The translations under genes and the position numbers were made by a program. Below are positions 17,717 to 27,335 of a DNA stretch of 64,000 nt, piece after piece. The notes beneath the pieces were generated by a model that saw only the letters and a program-made list of their open reading frames with translations, did not search any database and was not told where the DNA came from. This DNA comes from Cyanobacteria bacterium REEB417. Lineage in GTDB: Bacteria; Cyanobacteriota; Cyanobacteriia; PCC-6307; Cyanobiaceae. How positions within the stretch are numbered: position 1 is the stretch's first letter; each line of letters starts with the position of its first letter. The stretch is taken from NCBI GenBank assembly GCA_018970945.1, contig JAGWVJ010000001.1, positions 67,357 to 131,356 on the forward strand, given 5' to 3'.

Positions 17717-19429
17717 ATGGCCTACCGCATCTCGCGCCGTGCCTACGCCGAGACCTATGGCCCCACCACCGGTGACCGGTTGCGGCTGGCCGACACCGAA
17801 CTGATCCTCGAGGTCGAAAAGGACTTCACCGTCTACGGCGACGAGGTGAAGTTCGGCGGGGGCAAAGTGATCCGCGACGGCATGGGCCAGGCCCAGACCA
17901 CACGCGCAGACGGTGCGGTCGACACGGTGATCACCAATGCCCTGATCCTCGACTGGTGGGGCATCGTCAAAGCCGACATCGGTCTGCGGGACGGGCGCAT
18001 CGTGGCCATCGGCAAAGCCGGCAATCCCGACACCCAGACGGGCGTCGACATTGTGATTGGTCCCGGCACCGAGGCCATCGCCGGCGAGGGGCACATCCTC
18101 ACCGCCGGCGCCATCGACACCCACATCCATTTCATCTGTCCCCAGCAGGTGGAGACCGCCCTTGCCAGCGGGGTCACGACCATGCTGGGCGGCGGCACCG
18201 GTCCGGCCACGGGCTCCAACGCCACCACCTGCACCCCCGGCGCCTTCCACATGGCCCGCATGCTGCAGGCGGCCGAGGGCCTGCCAGTCAATCTGGGCTT
18301 CTTCGGCAAGGGCAACGCCAGCACCCCCGAGGGTCTCGAGGAACAGATCCGCGCCGGTGCCATCACCCTCAAGCTGCACGAAGATTGGGGCACCACGCCC
18401 GCCGCGATCGACTGCTGCCTGTCGGTGGCGGATCGCTTCGACATCCAGGTGGCGATCCACTCCGACACCCTCAACGAGGCCGGGTTCGTGGAGGACACCA
18501 TTCGCGCGATCGGTGGCCGCACCATCCACACCTTCCACACCGAAGGGGCCGGCGGCGGCCATGCGCCCGACATCATCCGGATCTGCGGCGAAGCCAACGT
18601 GCTGCCCAGCTCCACCAACCCCACGCGCCCCTACACCCGCAACACGCTCGAGGAGCACCTCGACATGCTGATGGTGTGCCACCACCTCGATCCGCGCATT
18701 CCGGAGGACGTGGCGTTCGCCGAATCGCGGATCCGGCGCGAAACCATCGCCGCCGAGGACATCCTGCATGACCTGGGAGCGTTCTCGATCATCGCCAGCG
18801 ATTCCCAGGCCATGGGACGGGTGGGCGAGGTGATCACCCGTACCTTCCAGACCGCCCACAAGATGAAGGTGCAGCGCGGCGCCCTCCCCGGAGACAGCGC
18901 CCGCAACGACAACACCCGCCTCAAGCGCTACATCGCCAAGGTGACGATCAACCCCGCGATCGTGCACGGCATCGACCACCAGGTGGGCTCGGTGGAGGTG
19001 GGCAAGCTGGCCGATCTGGTGCTGTGGAAACCGGGCTTCTTCGGCGTCAAGCCCGAACTGGTGCTCAAGGGCGGCTCGATCGTGTGGGCCCAGATGGGTG
19101 ACGCCAACGCCTCGATCCCCACCCCGGGCCCCGTGCACGGCCGCCCCATGTTTGCGGCCTTTGGCGCGGCCCTGGCGCCCAGCTGCCTCACCTTCTTGAG
19201 CCAGGCGGCCCTCGATGACGACGTACCCCGCAGGCTGGGTCTCCGGCGCACCTGTGTGCCGGTGATCAACACCCGCGGCGGCATCGGCAAGGCCAGCATG
19301 CGCAACAACACCGCCACCCCCGCCATGGCGGTCGACCCCCAGACCTACGAGGTCTATGCCGACGGTGAACTGCTCACCTGCGAGCCCGCCGAGGTGCTGC
19401 CAATGGCGCAGCGTTACTTCCTGCTCTGA
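17717..19429 (+). CDS. ureC: Urease alpha subunit
   Basis: [21 protein letters not shown] and MVCHHLD nickel-site motifs; 570 aa. Confidence 0.97.
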   Translation: MAYRISRRAYAETYGPTTGDRLRLADTELILEVEKDFTVYGDEVKFGGGKVIRDGMGQAQTTRADGAVDTVITNALILDWWGIVKADIGLRDGRIVAIGKAGNPDTQTGVDIVIGPGTEAIAGEGHILTAGAIDTHIHFICPQQVETALASGVTTMLGGGTGPATGSNATTCTPGAFHMARMLQAAEGLPVNLGFFGKGNASTPEGLEEQIRAGAITLKLHEDWGTTPAAIDCCLSVADRFDIQVAIHSDTLNEAGFVEDTIRAIGGRTIHTFHTEGAGGGHAPDIIRICGEANVLPSSTNPTRPYTRNTLEEHLDMLMVCHHLDPRIPEDVAFAESRIRRETIAAEDILHDLGAFSIIASDSQAMGRVGEVITRTFQTAHKMKVQRGALPGDSARNDNTRLKRYIAKVTINPAIVHGIDHQVGSVEVGKLADLVLWKPGFFGVKPELVLKGGSIVWAQMGDANASIPTPGPVHGRPMFAAFGAALAPSCLTFLSQAALDDDVPRRLGLRRTCVPVINTRGGIGKASMRNNTATPAMAVDPQTYEVYADGELLTCEPAEVLPMAQRYFLL

Positions 19430-19512
19430 ACCAAGCCGAAGCAGAATCGCAGTACTGTTCAAAAACAATCAACACCAGCCAGGACACTGGCGACCTGGAT
19501 TCAGAGTCAAGA

Positions 19513-20388
19513 ATGTCAGCACCCATCACCTTCACCCGCTTTGACGGCATCACCGGTCATATTTTTTCAATCCAACCGGATGGAAATCAGGAAAGACAAC
19601 TGACCAACGCGCCGGGAATCCAGGCTCACAGCACCTGGTCACCCAACGGGCGATTTCTGCTCTACAGCCAGATCGACAGCAATGGATCTAGCGTTCGATC
19701 CCTGGACATCATCACAGGAACCAGTCGCCTGATTTCGGGCAGTCTGACATTTTCCATGGTGCCGCACGTCTCACCTGACAGCCGCAGAATCGCCTTCACT
19801 AGCAACAACGACGGAAACGACGAAATTTACGAAGCGCATGGAATCCGTGGAGGGCGTTTTGGAATACGCCAGCTAACATTCACAGACGGACTCGTACAGA
19901 ATGTCGGGCCTAAATACTCTCCCTACAGCCAACAGATTCTGTTCGCCAGTAATCGCGAAACTGCCGATCCCTTGACACAACAGGATCTGTGGTTGATGCC
20001 AGAGAGCGGGGGAGTGGCCACGCGGCTCAGCAACAATCTCAACAACCGCGAAAGCAGAGGATGGTCACCCGATGGACGCAAGATCGTCACCCAGACAGTG
20101 ACCGATGGGGTGGGACAGATCGTGGTGTTGGATGCCGATGGTCGCAACCAGAAGGTGATCACCCAGATTCCCCCAACAGCACCACTGTTCGCGCCAGGCA
20201 AGATCTTTCCTGAGATGCGGGGCGCGGTCACGCCCGCCTGGTCACCAGACGGACTCTGGATCGCCTTCGCGAGCAACCACGAAGGCAACTACGACCTCTA
20301 TGCCATGCGGCCCGATGGCACCGATTTTCACCGCATCCTGGCGACGCCAGAGCAGGAGCTGTCCGTGGGCTGGGGGGCGCAAATCTGA
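19513..20388 (+). CDS. PD40/TolB-like WD40-type beta-propeller repeat protein with no signal peptide
   Basis: Repeated WSPNGRFLLY, VSPDSRRIAFTSNNDGNDEIY, YSPYSQQILFASNRE, WSPDGRKIV and WSPDGLWIAFASNHEGNYDLYAMRPDG motifs. The region is visibly less GC-rich than its flanks. Confidence 0.75.
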   Translation: MSAPITFTRFDGITGHIFSIQPDGNQERQLTNAPGIQAHSTWSPNGRFLLYSQIDSNGSSVRSLDIITGTSRLISGSLTFSMVPHVSPDSRRIAFTSNNDGNDEIYEAHGIRGGRFGIRQLTFTDGLVQNVGPKYSPYSQQILFASNRETADPLTQQDLWLMPESGGVATRLSNNLNNRESRGWSPDGRKIVTQTVTDGVGQIVVLDADGRNQKVITQIPPTAPLFAPGKIFPEMRGAVTPAWSPDGLWIAFASNHEGNYDLYAMRPDGTDFHRILATPEQELSVGWGAQI

Positions 20389-20512
20389 AAGCCCGAGCAG
20401 CCCCCGACGTACCCGCCCGGTTTCTGCAGCCTGACGCACCATTCATCTGGTGTTTCGTAGCAACGACCACTCGAGAGGGCCCCATCGCTCAGCAGGATCG
20501 GGCCCAGCAGTG

Positions 20513-21964
20513 ATGTCCGCAGCGATGTTCACCGAGTACCGGCCGAACCGCGGCTACGACGAATATTTCACCGCCCATGACCAGCCCAGGGCGGCCCTGC
20601 AGCCGCTGTTGTCGTCGCTGGGCAGGCTGGGCCTCGAGGAGCTCAACCGCAACCATGTGGCCGCAGGGGTTCTGCTCAAACGGCTGGGGGCCACGTTCCG
20701 GCTCAACGATTCGGACAACAAGGGCGTCGAACGGATCCTGCCGTTCGATCCCCTGCCCCGTCTGATCAGCCAGGCCGACTGGCAGCGACTGGAATCAGGC
20801 CTGATTCAGCGGCTCGAGGCCATCGATCTGTTCCTGGCCGACGTCTACGGACCGCAGAAGATCCTGACCGACGGGGTGATCCCCAGCGCTGATGTGCTCA
20901 GCTCCCAGGGCTGGCGGCCCCAGATGCAGGGCTTCAAGCCGCCCCTGGGCAAGTGGTGCCACATCTCGGGACTCGATCTGGTGCGCGACGGCGCCGGCAC
21001 CTGGCGGGTGCTCGAGGACAACCTGCGCTGCCCCTCGGGTGTGGCCTATTTCCTCGAGAACCGGCGGGTGATGAAACGCATGTTCCCCAGCCTGTTTGCC
21101 GGGCGCACGGTGCAGCCGATCGATGACTACCCCTCGCATCTGCTGCAGACCCTGCGGGACCTGGCCCCCTGGACCGACACCCCCAAGGTGGTGCTGCTGA
21201 CCCCGGGGGTGTTCAACAGCGCCTATTTCGAGCACAGCTACCTGGCCCAGCAGATGGGCATTCAGCTGGTCGAGGGTCGCGATCTGGTCTGCCATGACCA
21301 ACGGGTGTGGATGCGCAGCACCGCCGGACTGGAGCCGGTCGATGTCATCTACCGCCGCATCGACGATGACTTCCTCGACCCCGCCGTCTTCCGCAGCGAT
21401 TCGATGCTGGGTGTGCGCGGCCTGATGGAGGTGTACGCCGCCGGCCGGATCGCCATCGCCAATGCCCCCGGCACGGGAGTGGCTGACGACAAGCTGATCT
21501 ATGCCTACGTGCCCGACATGATCCGCTACTACCTCGATCAGGAACCCGTGATCGAGAACGTGCCCACCTACCTCTGTGCAAGGCCCGACGACCAGACCTT
21601 TGTGCTCGAGCACCTGGGTGAGCTGGTGGTCAAGGCCGTGGCCGAAGCGGGGGGCTACGGCATGCTGATCGGCCCCCATGCCAGCGCCGACGAGATCGCT
21701 GAATTTGCCGTAAAGATCAAGGCCAACCCGCGCAACTACATCGCCCAGCCGACCCTCGAGCTCTCGACCGTGCCCTCCCTGAGTGAGGGCGAGCTGTTTC
21801 CCTGTCACGTGGATCTGCGCCCTTACGTGCTGCGCGGCCAACAGGCCTGGGTGAGTCCGGGAGGGCTCACCCGGGTAGCCCTGCGGAGGGGCTCCCTGGT
21901 GGTGAATTCCTCCCAGGGCGGCGGCTGCAAGGACACCTGGATCGTGGATGAACTCCCATGCTGA
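20513..21964 (+). CDS. Circularly permuted type-2 ATP-grasp protein (COG2308-like)
   Basis: Start taken at ATG 20513 (MSAAMFTEYRPN). IANAPGTGVADDKLIYAYVPDMIRYYL is typical of this family. First gene of an overlapping three-gene set. Confidence 0.85.
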   Translation: MSAAMFTEYRPNRGYDEYFTAHDQPRAALQPLLSSLGRLGLEELNRNHVAAGVLLKRLGATFRLNDSDNKGVERILPFDPLPRLISQADWQRLESGLIQRLEAIDLFLADVYGPQKILTDGVIPSADVLSSQGWRPQMQGFKPPLGKWCHISGLDLVRDGAGTWRVLEDNLRCPSGVAYFLENRRVMKRMFPSLFAGRTVQPIDDYPSHLLQTLRDLAPWTDTPKVVLLTPGVFNSAYFEHSYLAQQMGIQLVEGRDLVCHDQRVWMRSTAGLEPVDVIYRRIDDDFLDPAVFRSDSMLGVRGLMEVYAAGRIAIANAPGTGVADDKLIYAYVPDMIRYYLDQEPVIENVPTYLCARPDDQTFVLEHLGELVVKAVAEAGGYGMLIGPHASADEIAEFAVKIKANPRNYIAQPTLELSTVPSLSEGELFPCHVDLRPYVLRGQQAWVSPGGLTRVALRRGSLVVNSSQGGGCKDTWIVDELPC

Positions 21965-22944
21965 GCCGCGTCGCCGATTCGCTCTACTGGATCAACCGCT
22001 ATGTGGAGCGGGCTGAAAATCTCTCGCGCTTTGTCGAGGTCAGCGAAGCCATGGCGCTCGACTGCCCGCCCGGCAGCGCCGAACCCTGGCTGCCCCTGAT
22101 CGATGCCAGCGGTGATCGGGAACTGTTCGACACCCTCTACACCGACGGCTCACCTGACGATGTGGTGCGCTTTCTGGTGAATGCCGAAGGCAACCCCAGC
22201 AGCATCGTGAACTGCATCGCCATCGCCCGTGAGAACGCGCGGCAGATCCGCGAGGTGATCACCACCGAGATGTGGGAACAGATCAATGGCATGTACTGGA
22301 ACCTGCAGGACGACAACGACGGCTTCTGGCAGTTGCCACCCCAGGAGCAACTGCGGGAGATCCGGCGTGCCTGCCAGCTCTTCTACGGGATCACCGATGC
22401 GACCCTGAGCCGCGACCTGTCATGGCAGTTCAGCCGTCTGGGGCGTCTGCTCGAGCGGGCCGACAAGACCACCCGCATTCTCGACGTCAAGTACTTCCTG
22501 CTGCTGCCCTCGCCCGACGAGGTGGGCGGGGTGCTTGACGAGCTGCAGTGGATCTCGCTGCTGCGCAGCGCCGGGGCCTATCAGATGTTCAGACAGGCAC
22601 GGCAACAGGCGATCGAACCCAAGGCTGTGGCCGCCTTTCTGCTGCTCGATCCGATCTTTCCACGCTCGGTGCGCTACTGCCTCGAGCGGATCAGCGAGAC
22701 CCTGCGCATCATCCGCGGCAGCGCCGTGCCGGGTGCCCCCGATGACCTCGAATGCCTGGCTGGCCTGACCCTGGCCCGTTGGAGTTACACCCGCATCGAC
22801 GAGCTGATCGGCGGCGGGCTGCACGAATCCATCGATGCGCTGCAAAGTGACCTCAACCGGCTCCACGACCTGATTGAGGAGCGATACTTCGTGGCCAGCA
22901 GCGCCGAACCCCTCAACCTGTTTCCGGCATGCGCGCTCGCGTAA
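21958..22944 (+). CDS. Alpha-E domain protein (COG2307/DUF403-like)
   Basis: MLSRVADSLYWINRYVERAENLSRF family-typical N-terminus. Overlaps the upstream gene by 7 nt. Confidence 0.85.
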   Translation: MLSRVADSLYWINRYVERAENLSRFVEVSEAMALDCPPGSAEPWLPLIDASGDRELFDTLYTDGSPDDVVRFLVNAEGNPSSIVNCIAIARENARQIREVITTEMWEQINGMYWNLQDDNDGFWQLPPQEQLREIRRACQLFYGITDATLSRDLSWQFSRLGRLLERADKTTRILDVKYFLLLPSPDEVGGVLDELQWISLLRSAGAYQMFRQARQQAIEPKAVAAFLLLDPIFPRSVRYCLERISETLRIIRGSAVPGAPDDLECLAGLTLARWSYTRIDELIGGGLHESIDALQSDLNRLHDLIEERYFVASSAEPLNLFPACALA

Positions 22945-23798
22945 CCCATACCTTCACCTACCGCTACAGCGCACCGGTGCTGCTCGGTCCGCACCGGTTC
23001 TGCCTGAAGCCCCGCGGCCATGGCTTCCAGAGGTTGATCGATTTCCAGCTGGAGATCAGCCCCGAACCCTCGCGGCTCTATCCCCTGGTGGCCGCCAGCG
23101 GTGATGAGATCCTGCGCGGTCGCTTCAGTGGTGAAACCGAGCACTTCACCGTGCGCGCCACCAGCGAGGTGCACACCGAGACCGCACCCCTGCTGCAGGC
23201 GTGCCTCGAGGAAAGTGAACCCCAGCTTCCCTATCCGATGGGACGGCTCAACAGCGATCTGGCGGGCTCCCTGCAGGGCTGGCTACCCAATGGCCAGCAC
23301 GACCCTGCGGCGGTGGATGTGGCCCAGGAAGCGCTGATGGGCAGCGATCAGCGGGCACTGATGTTTCTGCAGCAGCTGGTCGAGATCATCCAGGACCGGG
23401 TCAAATACACCCAGCGCCATGTGGGCCCGGCCTGGCCTGCCGGCCGCACCCTCAAGGAGCGGGTCGGTTCCTGCCGCGACCTGGCAATGCTGATGATCGA
23501 AGCCTGTCGCTGCGTGGGGCTGCCTGCCAGGTTTGTGAGCGGTTATCACCTGGTGGATCCCAGGCCGGAGCGCTACGACCTGCACGCCTGGGCCGAGGTC
23601 TACCTGCCGGGAGCCGGCTGGCGCGGTTTCGATCCCAGCGGTGCGGGCATCATCGACGACCGCTACATCACCCTGGCCACCTCGTCCAAGGCAGATCTCA
23701 CCGCAGCCATCACCGGCAGCTTCTCGGGGCCCCTGGACGTGACCAGCGACTTTTCATGGAGCATCCAGGCCGAGGTGCAACAGACCTGTACAGCCTGA
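22929..23798 (+). CDS. Transglutaminase-like cysteine protease-fold protein (COG1305-like)
   Basis: GSCRDLAMLMIEACR (Cys), HAWAEVYLPGAGW (His) and GFDPS (Asp) triad. N-terminal Bact-transglu-N-like region. 16-nt overlap with the alpha-E gene. Confidence 0.88.
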   Translation: MRARVTHTFTYRYSAPVLLGPHRFCLKPRGHGFQRLIDFQLEISPEPSRLYPLVAASGDEILRGRFSGETEHFTVRATSEVHTETAPLLQACLEESEPQLPYPMGRLNSDLAGSLQGWLPNGQHDPAAVDVAQEALMGSDQRALMFLQQLVEIIQDRVKYTQRHVGPAWPAGRTLKERVGSCRDLAMLMIEACRCVGLPARFVSGYHLVDPRPERYDLHAWAEVYLPGAGWRGFDPSGAGIIDDRYITLATSSKADLTAAITGSFSGPLDVTSDFSWSIQAEVQQTCTA

Positions 23799-23874
23799 GC
23801 CCGGGCGCCAGAGCAGGAGCAGGCACGACAGGCATGACTACCGTGTTCGCAACCGGTGGTCAGAATCGCTCGCG

Positions 23875-25158
23875 ATGCAGCCCGGGAATGACGCCATGGA
23901 GCAGCTGCTGAGCGGTCTTGAGGGCCATCGCAACCTGGGCAAGCCCGTTGCCCTGATCTGCTGCAGCTTCAGGCAGTTCCATGCCTGCGAAACCCTGCAT
24001 GGCCGGGCCCTGGCCGAAGAACTGATCGCGGCCGGTCAGCACTGCCTGCTCGAACACAGCCCTGAAGGCACGAGCCTGGTGCGCACCGGCCCCGCCGAAC
24101 TGGCCCTGGTGGTCCCGCTGTCCACAGACCCTTGCGGCGAGCTGACGGCATTGGTGCAGCGGTTGAGCAACCGCTGCACCGTGGCTCCCACCCCCGGAAC
24201 CGGCGGCACCCCGCTGCTGCTGACAGTCGCGATGGGCGTCGCCCATGCCAACGCTGCGCACCGACCCAGCTCGCACACCCTGATCACCCAGGCCCGGCTG
24301 GCCATGCACCAGGCCTGCGGGCGCCCGGGCAGCCAATGGGTGCTCGCGAGCCCGCAGATGCAGCAGCAGGCCGAGCAGCTGTACCGCCAGCAGGCGGAGC
24401 TGATGCTGGCGTTGCAGCAGGGGCAGTTCAGCGCCCATCTCCAGCCGATCGTCGACCTGCAGCATGGACGGACACTGGGGTTTGAAGCCCTGGCACGCTG
24501 GATCACAGCCGATGGCAAGGTGCTCAGCCCAAAGCACTTTCTGAACCAGACCCAGGCCGCCGGCCTGACGGCCGTCCTGGATCTGCAGGTGATTGCGGCC
24601 GGCCTCCGGGCCGCCACGCACCTGAACCAGGCCCGACGCAGCGATCAGCCGCTGCTGCTCTCGATGAACATCTCAGCCCAGCTGATCGAAAGCGACTGCC
24701 GCCGCCTGGACCTGCTGGCGCTGATCGATGACCATCAGCCGCCAGACGGGATCGAGCTGCAGCTGGAACTGGTGGAGGAAACCCTCGGCAACGCCGAGAC
24801 AGGTCTGGACGATCTGCTGCGAGAACTGACCGATCGCCACGTGCTGGTTGCCATCGACGACTTCGGAACCGGCTACTCGTCGTTGAGCCGGCTGCACGAT
24901 CTGGCCATCAACGCGATCAAGGTGGATCGCAGTTTTGTGCAACGGATCAACGCGACCAACAAGTCGAGCAATCAGCTGCTCGACACGCTGGTGGCTGTCG
25001 GCCATGACCTGGGTATCACCCTCACCGCCGAGGGTGTGGAAACCGAACAACAACGACGCTGGCTGCTGGAACACGGGATCGAGCGCGGCCAGGGGTACCT
25101 GTTCAGCAGACCCCTTTGCCTTGACGCCGCCATCGCCTCCCTCAGCGCTACCAGTTGA
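23875..25158 (+). CDS. EAL-domain c-di-GMP phosphodiesterase with a degenerate GGDEF-like N-terminal domain
   Basis: GFEALARW, DDFGTGYSSL, IKVDRSF, AEGVETEQQ and QGYLFSRP EAL motifs are all present. The N-terminal domain has RTGPAELALV where R-x-GG(D/E)EF is expected. Confidence 0.85.
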   Translation: MQPGNDAMEQLLSGLEGHRNLGKPVALICCSFRQFHACETLHGRALAEELIAAGQHCLLEHSPEGTSLVRTGPAELALVVPLSTDPCGELTALVQRLSNRCTVAPTPGTGGTPLLLTVAMGVAHANAAHRPSSHTLITQARLAMHQACGRPGSQWVLASPQMQQQAEQLYRQQAELMLALQQGQFSAHLQPIVDLQHGRTLGFEALARWITADGKVLSPKHFLNQTQAAGLTAVLDLQVIAAGLRAATHLNQARRSDQPLLLSMNISAQLIESDCRRLDLLALIDDHQPPDGIELQLELVEETLGNAETGLDDLLRELTDRHVLVAIDDFGTGYSSLSRLHDLAINAIKVDRSFVQRINATNKSSNQLLDTLVAVGHDLGITLTAEGVETEQQRRWLLEHGIERGQGYLFSRPLCLDAAIASLSATS

Positions 25159-25789
25159 GCCCGTGCAGCTTCGGCAGCGGCGCCGTCTTGAATGTGGTGG
25201 CAAACAGCCGCGGGATGCGGCGACTGTTGTAGACACGAAACTCACGCACCACACTGGCGCCCTCGTCGCGCACGGCCTGGTTGAGCACAACGGATCCGTC
25301 GGGATCGGAAACCGAACGGTGAAAGGTGCCGGGGGGGATGCGCAGGATGTCGCCACCGGTCTCGAGCCGAACGATGTGATACGGGTAATTCCAACCGAAG
25401 TTCACCAGATAGAACGTGCGACCGCCATGCAGGGCCAGCAGGTTGTCCTCCTGATGGGGATGCAGATAGAACTGCCAGGCACCGGTCTTCTGCTCATCGG
25501 GAGGGCTCACCGCCGGACCGGCGTGAATCACCAGATCGCGGGCATTCGACGCGGCAACGGTGATGTCAAAGAAGCGAACGGCAGGGGTATCGCGAAACTT
25601 CTCATAGGGGATCAGTTCAAACATCGGAGCCCGGGCGGCACAGGCAACGGGCTCAGGCGATCGGCTTTCGCGGGCCAACAGATCCTGACGAAGCGGCGTG
25701 GCAGACATGGCGGTGGCGGGCCAGGACGGAATGCCCTGACACAGCGGCAAGAGGATCGCCCAGTGAACCGGCCGGCCGCGGCGGCTCAC
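25148..25789 (-). CDS. Cupin-fold hypothetical protein (start uncertain)
   Basis: FYLHPHQEDNLLALHGG (HxH..E) and GDILRIPPGTFH (G-x5-P-x-G-x2-H) match the two cupin motifs. Likely start at an internal Met (MSATPL.. or MFELIPYEK). Confidence 0.5.
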   Translation of the reverse strand: MSRRGRPVHWAILLPLCQGIPSWPATAMSATPLRQDLLARESRSPEPVACAARAPMFELIPYEKFRDTPAVRFFDITVAASNARDLVIHAGPAVSPPDEQKTGAWQFYLHPHQEDNLLALHGGRTFYLVNFGWNYPYHIVRLETGGDILRIPPGTFHRSVSDPDGSVVLNQAVRDEGASVVREFRVYNSRRIPRLFATTFKTAPLPKLHGLNW

Positions 25790-25863
25790 CGTGTCACGGG
25801 TTACCGAATCACGCTTTCCACAGACCAGTTCGACAACTGATTGGAGCCGAGCCCACGGCCGGC

Positions 25864-26643
25864 TCAGAACGGAATCGGCATCTCCACCGCCGCCGGTTCG
25901 GGCGCACAGGCCGCAACCCGTTGGTTCACCACCTCGCCGATCACCACGATCGACGGCGAGGCAAAGCCGTCGGCCAGGGCCCGCGCCGCCAGCTCGGCCA
26001 GGGGCGCCACCAGCTGGCGCTGGCCCAGCACCGTGCCCTGCTGCACCACCGCCGCCGGGGTGGCCCCGTCGAGCCCGCCGGCGATCAGCTCGGCGCAGAT
26101 GTGGGCCAGGTTGTGCAGGCCCATGTAGATGACCAACCCGTCACTGCAGCGGGCCAGACCGCGCCAGTCGACGCCGGGGCGGCCCTTGTCGATCTCCTCA
26201 TGGCCGGTGACGAAGGTCACCGAACTGCCGGCGCGGCGGTGCGTCACCGGGATGCCCGCATAGGCCGGCGCGGCGATGCCGGCGGTGACCCCGGGCACCA
26301 CTTCCACCGGCACCCCGTGACGGGCCAGGTGGGCGGCCTCTTCGCCGCCGCGACCAAACAGAAACGGATCACCCCCCTTGAGCCGCACCACGCAGCGGCA
26401 GCGCCCCGCCAGCTGCACCAGCACCGCATTGGTGCTGGGCTGGGGCACCGAGTGATGGCCGCGGCGTTTGCCGACGAAATGCCTCTCGGCCGCCTCGGGC
26501 ACCAGCTCAAGCACCTGGCGCGGCACCAGCGAGTCGTAGACGAGGGCATCGCACTGGCACAGCAACCGCTGCGCCTTGACCGTGAGCAGGTCGGGGTCGC
26601 CAGGGCCGGCGCCCACCAGGTAGACGGTGCCGAGGGTGGTCAT
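25864..26643 (-). CDS. cobA: Uroporphyrinogen-III C-methyltransferase
   Basis: VYLVGAGPGDPDLLTVKA, RLKGGDPFLFGRGGEE and VPGVTAG motifs. Confidence 0.9.
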   Translation of the reverse strand: MTTLGTVYLVGAGPGDPDLLTVKAQRLLCQCDALVYDSLVPRQVLELVPEAAERHFVGKRRGHHSVPQPSTNAVLVQLAGRCRCVVRLKGGDPFLFGRGGEEAAHLARHGVPVEVVPGVTAGIAAPAYAGIPVTHRRAGSSVTFVTGHEEIDKGRPGVDWRGLARCSDGLVIYMGLHNLAHICAELIAGGLDGATPAAVVQQGTVLGQRQLVAPLAELAARALADGFASPSIVVIGEVVNQRVAACAPEPAAVEMPIPF

Positions 26644-27335
26644 GGCAGCCCCACCAGCTGCTCAAGCAGCACCTGGCGAAAGCGGGGCCGCTCCAACAGC
26701 GGCGGTCCCACCCGATCGGCCAGCTGGTCGGTGAGGCGATTGGCCGCCAGGGCCAGGGGCACGGCTGGTGCAGTGAGGCTCAGCTGGAGCTCGGCTAACT
26801 GCTCGGCACTGTATGGAGTGGCCTGCAAGCGGGCACCGCTGACCCGGGCCAGATGGTCCAGATACCGAGGAGCCAGGGGGCCCTCCAGGGGGTGATGCAG
26901 CAGCCACGGTGAGGTGTCGGTCGCCACGATTGACTGCAACCGGCGCACCTCGGCGGCCAGGGCTTGTTGCCAGGCGGGCCAGGCCCCGACAAACGGCACC
27001 CGCCTGACACGATCAACGCCCGCCATGGCGCTCCAGTGCCGTGCGATCGCCGGGATGTCCTCGCGGACATGGGCGCCGGGCAGCAGCATCAACGGCACCA
27101 GGGTGAGCGGGCGTTCCTCGGCAGGCAGCGTGGGCGGGTGCTCAGCTGTCAGAGCCTGCAGCCACACCGGCGCTCCGCGCCGCTGGGCCAGCTCGACTGC
27201 GAGGCTCTGCAGCTCCGGCGGAATGACCCCGGCGGTGCGGCCATGCACCACCAGCAGCAGAGACGTTGCCATCGCAGGCGGGCTTGCCAGGGTGAGGGAT
27301 AGCAGCGACAGCGTCCATCGTGCACCCTGAACCAA
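26640..27335 (-). CDS. cbiX: CbiX-type sirohydrochlorin chelatase-like protein (start possibly ATG at 27272)
   Basis: LLLVVHGR... and LVPLMLLPGAHVREDIP class II chelatase motifs. ATGA overlap with cobA. Confidence 0.7.
   Translation of the reverse strand: MVQGARWTLSLLSLTLASPPAMATSLLLVVHGRTAGVIPPELQSLAVELAQRRGAPVWLQALTAEHPPTLPAEERPLTLVPLMLLPGAHVREDIPAIARHWSAMAGVDRVRRVPFVGAWPAWQQALAAEVRRLQSIVATDTSPWLLHHPLEGPLAPRYLDHLARVSGARLQATPYSAEQLAELQLSLTAPAVPLALAANRLTDQLADRVGPPLLERPRFRQVLLEQLVGLP

Noticed and set aside
17693-19468. Very long antisense or out-of-frame track ORFs, for example 17693..19468(-) opposite ureC, 15312..17030(+) upstream extension, 42179..43687(+) upstream extension, 46040..47629(+), 55230..57032(+) and 57240..58841(+) opposite uvrA, 59481..61193(+) opposite recN, and 5205..6715(-).
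   Set aside because: Their translations are Arg/Ala/Gly/Pro-rich low-complexity strings with no recognisable motifs. They lie opposite or out of frame to genes with unambiguous family signatures. This is typical stop-codon depletion in GC-rich DNA.
27272-27335. Apparent 16-nt head-to-head overlap of the cbiX-like and TrpD2-like genes.
   Set aside because: It is most likely an artefact of choosing the longest ORFs. An internal ATG (27272) gives a normal CbiX N-terminus (MATSLLLVVHGR) and removes the overlap.
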